From contig OZ241981.1 of NCBI GenBank assembly GCA_965204345.1, forward strand, positions 1,856,001 to 1,920,000: a stretch of 64,000 bases of DNA, given 5' to 3'. The translations under genes were made by a program, and so were the position numbers. Below the pieces are notes generated by a model. The model was given only the letters and a program-made list of their open reading frames with translations. It was not told the DNA's origin and made no database searches. The stretch comes from Nitrosopumilus sp. GTDB lineage: Archaea; Thermoproteota; Nitrososphaeria; Nitrososphaerales; Nitrosopumilaceae. Shown here piece by piece: positions 60,716-64,000 of the stretch (the stretch's first letter is position 1; every line of letters begins with the position of its first letter).

Positions 60716-61234
60716 ATGAAAATCTCAGCTAAAATAAAAAAATCCCTAAACGATCAGGTTCTGCTTGAGGCCTCTGCATCCAACAGCTATCTTGCAATGG
60801 CCTCTTGGTGTGAAGTCACCGGGTATCAGGGCGCCGCAAGTTACTTTTATGCCCAGTCCGATGAGGAACGAGCCCACATGCTAAAGATTGTTCATTACCT
60901 TAATGACGTGGGTGCAGCTGCCGTAATTCCTGCAACCAAAGCTCCTGCTGTCTCTTCCTACAAATCCCTTGAGGGACTAGTCAAGGCAGCACTAAAAAAT
61001 GAGCAGGCTGTAACTGCGGCCATTTACAATATCCTTGAAGTTGCACAAAAAGAAAAGGATCACTCGACATGTGTCTTTCTGGAATGGTTTGTCAATGAGC
61101 AAGTTCAGGAAGAAACAAAGTTTGAGACTCTCTTACAAAAGTTTGATCTGATTGGACGCGACAAACTGGCCATAAACGAGATTGACAAAATTCTTGCAGC
61201 AGAGGCTGCTGCACCTGCAGACCCTGCCGTCTAG
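60716..61234 (+). CDS. ftn: Ferritin
   Basis: EASAS..YLAM, EERAH, FLEWFVNEQVQEE. Confidence 0.93.
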   Translation: MKISAKIKKSLNDQVLLEASASNSYLAMASWCEVTGYQGAASYFYAQSDEERAHMLKIVHYLNDVGAAAVIPATKAPAVSSYKSLEGLVKAALKNEQAVTAAIYNILEVAQKEKDHSTCVFLEWFVNEQVQEETKFETLLQKFDLIGRDKLAINEIDKILAAEAAAPADPAV

Positions 61235-61280
61235 ATGTGCGTTCTAAAATAATTAATACTGCGTTATTTTAATTTTTTTT

Positions 61281-61613
61281 ATGACAGTTACCGTTACAAG
61301 AAAGCCCGGCGGGATTACTCAGTTGTTTAACACTGACACCGGCCGTGTTACCTACAAGTGCAAGGCAGAATCTGCATATATGCTCATAGAGGCATTTGGC
61401 GGCATTGTAAAATTTAATCAGAAAGGGGCAATGGCTACCGTCACGGGGCATACTACATCCCTTGAGTCCTGTGATGTTATCAAAAAGGGACACTCCGATT
61501 ACAAAGAGGCACTAGATGCAATCATTTGGTCTCACAAGGAATTTGCCCAAGGCGTTTCTGATGCATATCAGAATGAAATCCAAGAGTTGGAAGACAAGCT
61601 GTCTGAAACATGA
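61281..61613 (+). CDS. Hypothetical protein
   Basis: 110-aa ORF co-oriented with ferritin. Confidence 0.6.
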   Translation: MTVTVTRKPGGITQLFNTDTGRVTYKCKAESAYMLIEAFGGIVKFNQKGAMATVTGHTTSLESCDVIKKGHSDYKEALDAIIWSHKEFAQGVSDAYQNEIQELEDKLSET

Positions 61614-61663
61614 TTTTTTAGCATCATCATCTTTTTTTTAGAGCTGCTGCTGCTTTTTTTGTT

Positions 61664-61837
61664 TTAGCCATAAATCATACAGTGCTCACACTCGCAGGCC
61701 TCTTGTTCTTTTGATTTTTTAAGACATTTTTTGTGCTGACCTGCCTGGCACTGAACGCAAATCTCTTCAATGTTTTCCACACTTGTGTACTTTTTTGATT
61801 GGTCAAAACCAAATCCCCCGTCCTGTGGTCCTACCAT
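61664..61837 (-). CDS. Small Cys/His-rich metal-binding protein
   Basis: Start at MVGPQDGG; CVQC...H..C...CECEHC. Confidence 0.6.
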   Translation of the reverse strand: MVGPQDGGFGFDQSKKYTSVENIEEICVQCQAGQHKKCLKKSKEQEACECEHCMIYG

Positions 61838-61871
61838 GATTTTCTTTGATTGACGTTCTATTTCTACCTCA

Positions 61872-62171
61872 CTAATTGATGGCAGATCTAATCGTATCCT
61901 GCAATTCTTTTTTGTGCGTTTCAATAATCCCTCGTATCTCAAAGGTATCTACGTATCCTCCTGCTGAAGCCCTTGTGGCCTTTAGTAAGTAATGCAGGGC
62001 TCCCTCCTCGATCTTTCCTACATAATACCCGTATAGGAAATCTGATTCTGCATCACATCTCCAAATTTGCTTGACTGTGGGAAATGTCTGCCTGATTTCA
62101 GTTGGTATCTCCCTGATTCTTCTCTGAATGTATTGGTCAAGCGATCTTCTGATTGTAGAGTCCTCTAACAA
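61872..62171 (-). CDS. Hypothetical protein
   Basis: About 99 aa from a TTG start; DFLYGYYVGKIEEG core. Confidence 0.7.
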   Translation of the reverse strand: MLEDSTIRRSLDQYIQRRIREIPTEIRQTFPTVKQIWRCDAESDFLYGYYVGKIEEGALHYLLKATRASAGGYVDTFEIRGIIETHKKELQDTIRSAIN

Positions 62172-62200
62172 CTTGTTTCTGGTTGTACATACTCTCTTTT

Positions 62201-62347
62201 TTAGTCCTTTTTTTCCTTGTCTGTCTTTTCTCCCGGCTTGTCCCACATGTGCATGGTGCCCCTGATCATAAATGAGCCTACTATTATTGCAACTAGCCCC
62301 CCTGCTATGAACAAAAAGAATCTCCCAATATCCTTAATGCCTGCCAT
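62201..62347 (-). CDS. 48-aa single-TM membrane peptide
   Basis: MAGIKDIGRFFLFIAGGLVAIIVGSFMIRG...; co-oriented with the downstream gene. Confidence 0.6.
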   Translation of the reverse strand: MAGIKDIGRFFLFIAGGLVAIIVGSFMIRGTMHMWDKPGEKTDKEKKD

Positions 62348-62427
62348 ACTGGTATTTACGGCCTGACTAGTTATAACTGTCTAAACATTTCAATTAGATT
62401 CAATAATGAGTCTGCAGGCCTCTTTTC

Positions 62428-62526
62428 ATGTCTAAAATTAAACAAATTGCTGCCTGGGTTGCAATTATCGGGGGAGGAATTGGATTTTTCTTCTTCTCCA
62501 TTGAAATGGCAGAATTCATGCGCTAG
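62428..62526 (+). CDS. 32-aa single-TM membrane peptide
   Basis: MSKIKQIAAWVAIIGGGIGFFFFSIEMAEFMR. Confidence 0.5.
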   Translation: MSKIKQIAAWVAIIGGGIGFFFFSIEMAEFMR

Positions 62527-62571
62527 GCATGAAACCTAAATACGTTCTTGCCCCTTGCAATATTGCGTCTG

Positions 62572-63012
62572 ATGATCACCCCTGAAATCTCCGATTTTCT
62601 GAATTTACAGAGACTGGGGTATGTTGCAACTGTAGCCCCTGATGGCAAACCAAACATCTCTCCAAAGGGTACCATAATTGGCTGGGATGCCAAAACACTT
62701 GCCTTTGCAGATATCCGTTCCCCTGATACTGTGAAAAACCTGCAAAGCAATCCTGATGTGGAGATCAACGTAATTGATCCCATTCTTCGAAGAGGCTACC
62801 TGTTCCAAGGCACATCTAGAATTATCACAAACGGAACTCTTTATGACCAAATACTGAGCCGCTATAGAGGCTGCGGCATCAAAAGTCCGATAAGTTCCAT
62901 CGTTTTAGTTGACGTCTCAAGGGTATCTAAAGTGACCTCTCCATTGTATGATCTTGGGATTTCAGAGTCTGAGATAAAATCAAAATGGAAAAAGCATTTT
63001 ACAGATTTATGA
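62572..63012 (+). CDS. Pyridoxamine 5'-phosphate oxidase-family FMN-binding protein
   Basis: YVATVAPDGKPNISPKG, TVKNLQSNP, RRGY. Confidence 0.9.
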   Translation: MITPEISDFLNLQRLGYVATVAPDGKPNISPKGTIIGWDAKTLAFADIRSPDTVKNLQSNPDVEINVIDPILRRGYLFQGTSRIITNGTLYDQILSRYRGCGIKSPISSIVLVDVSRVSKVTSPLYDLGISESEIKSKWKKHFTDL

Positions 63013-63018
63013 TCCGTC

Positions 63019-63804
63019 CTAGCTCCTTGCTAGCTTTTTTTCCATTTCGATTAATTCTTCTTTTGTTCTTCTGTGTTCCTCACGTTCCTTTTCTAATAGC
63101 GCCTGAAGCGTTTCTAGCTCCTTTTGTGTCATGTTGAGTTTTGATTTTAGCGAGCCTACCACTACACTTGCAGCCTCAATTATGCCTGCCGAACTCTTTT
63201 GGCCGTCATTTCTCCCCTCTTCTTCTTCTTCTATGAACTTCTTTTCTGAGGGGGTTAGGATGCTTGGGTCTTGAAAATGATCCTTTTTGTCTAGCTCCTG
63301 CTTTGCATTGTACAGCCTTGCATTTGCCTCATCCAATTCTTTTCGGACTTCGACTTGCTGCTTTCTGGCATTATGAAGCGATGCCTGTTGCTGTGCTATC
63401 TGCTCCTTGACCTTATCGCGCTCTTTTTTTGCCTCCTCCAACTCTAGTCTTATCTGCGAGCGTTCTCCCTCTGTTTTTTTGACATCGATGATGGCCTCTG
63501 CATCCTTGATCACTCTTTCTTTTTTGCTCTGTTCGCTGATCTCTTTGTATTCTCGCCGAATGACATCAAGCTCCATTCTTTTCTGGTTTAATTCTCTTTT
63601 GACTGTCATTAAATTTCCAACAGTCACATCGTATTCTTCCCTTACCGTCTGAACCCTTTGTGTAACGTCGTCTAGCTCTCTTTGCTTTTCTGCGGACTCT
63701 GTTTGCAACTTTTGGACTTTAGATTCAAGATCCTCCGTTACCGTGTCATTCTCAGTTGGTTCTGCCGCTTTCTCTTCTTTCTTCTTTTTACTAAAAAATC
63801 CCAT
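63019..63804 (-). CDS. Long coiled-coil protein
   Basis: MGFFSKKKK start; E/K/Q-rich heptads throughout. Confidence 0.8.
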   Translation of the reverse strand: MGFFSKKKKEEKAAEPTENDTVTEDLESKVQKLQTESAEKQRELDDVTQRVQTVREEYDVTVGNLMTVKRELNQKRMELDVIRREYKEISEQSKKERVIKDAEAIIDVKKTEGERSQIRLELEEAKKERDKVKEQIAQQQASLHNARKQQVEVRKELDEANARLYNAKQELDKKDHFQDPSILTPSEKKFIEEEEEGRNDGQKSSAGIIEAASVVVGSLKSKLNMTQKELETLQALLEKEREEHRRTKEELIEMEKKLARS

Positions 63805-64000
63805 ACTTACCAACACTTTTTCCCAAAAGATGAACCTTTCTTTACTCTTGCCTGACTCGTCCTCTCAGGAATTTCAAATAAAACCCGATGCTGCCAACAA
63901 CTATTCCCCCAAACAGCGACATTGTGCCCAGTTCCCGCATGTCCTGATAGATGTTTGGCGCAAGAAATAGCAACAGTGCGCCTAGTATGATTAGTGCAAA

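Overview
This window looks like the chromosome of an ammonia-oxidising archaeon (Nitrosopumilus-like, inferred from gene content and order). 1-25 kb is housekeeping: srp54, pus10, rps27ae/rps24e, apgM, galT-like, thiDN/thiC, the archaeal shikimate/aromatic amino-acid cluster, mqnC and ubiD. A ~7 kb accessory island (about 26.2-33.1 kb) sits between two near-identical Pro/Lys/Ala-rich paralogues. It carries a tyrosine recombinase and a decayed type I-B-like CRISPR-Cas locus: truncated cas6, a degenerate 2-repeat mini-array, cargo ORFs, a 6-repeat array, leader, cas4, cas2 and cas1, with no effector genes in the window. The main observation is that cas1 is interrupted by a 72-bp insertion (38-bp direct duplication around 34 unique bp). 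This matches the array's repeat+spacer period and lies next to a leader-like motif, suggesting Cas1-Cas2 integrated a spacer into its own gene. A second off-register event of the same 72-bp geometry is visible inside the array. After tRNA-Arg(GCG) come a PD-(D/E)xK-like gene and an 18-kb, ~6,000-aa Ig/cadherin-repeat surface protein with 1,815-bp tandem duplications, then stress and metal genes (CBS, tag, carbonic anhydrase, NRAMP, ferritin). All calls are by eye; no searches were run.
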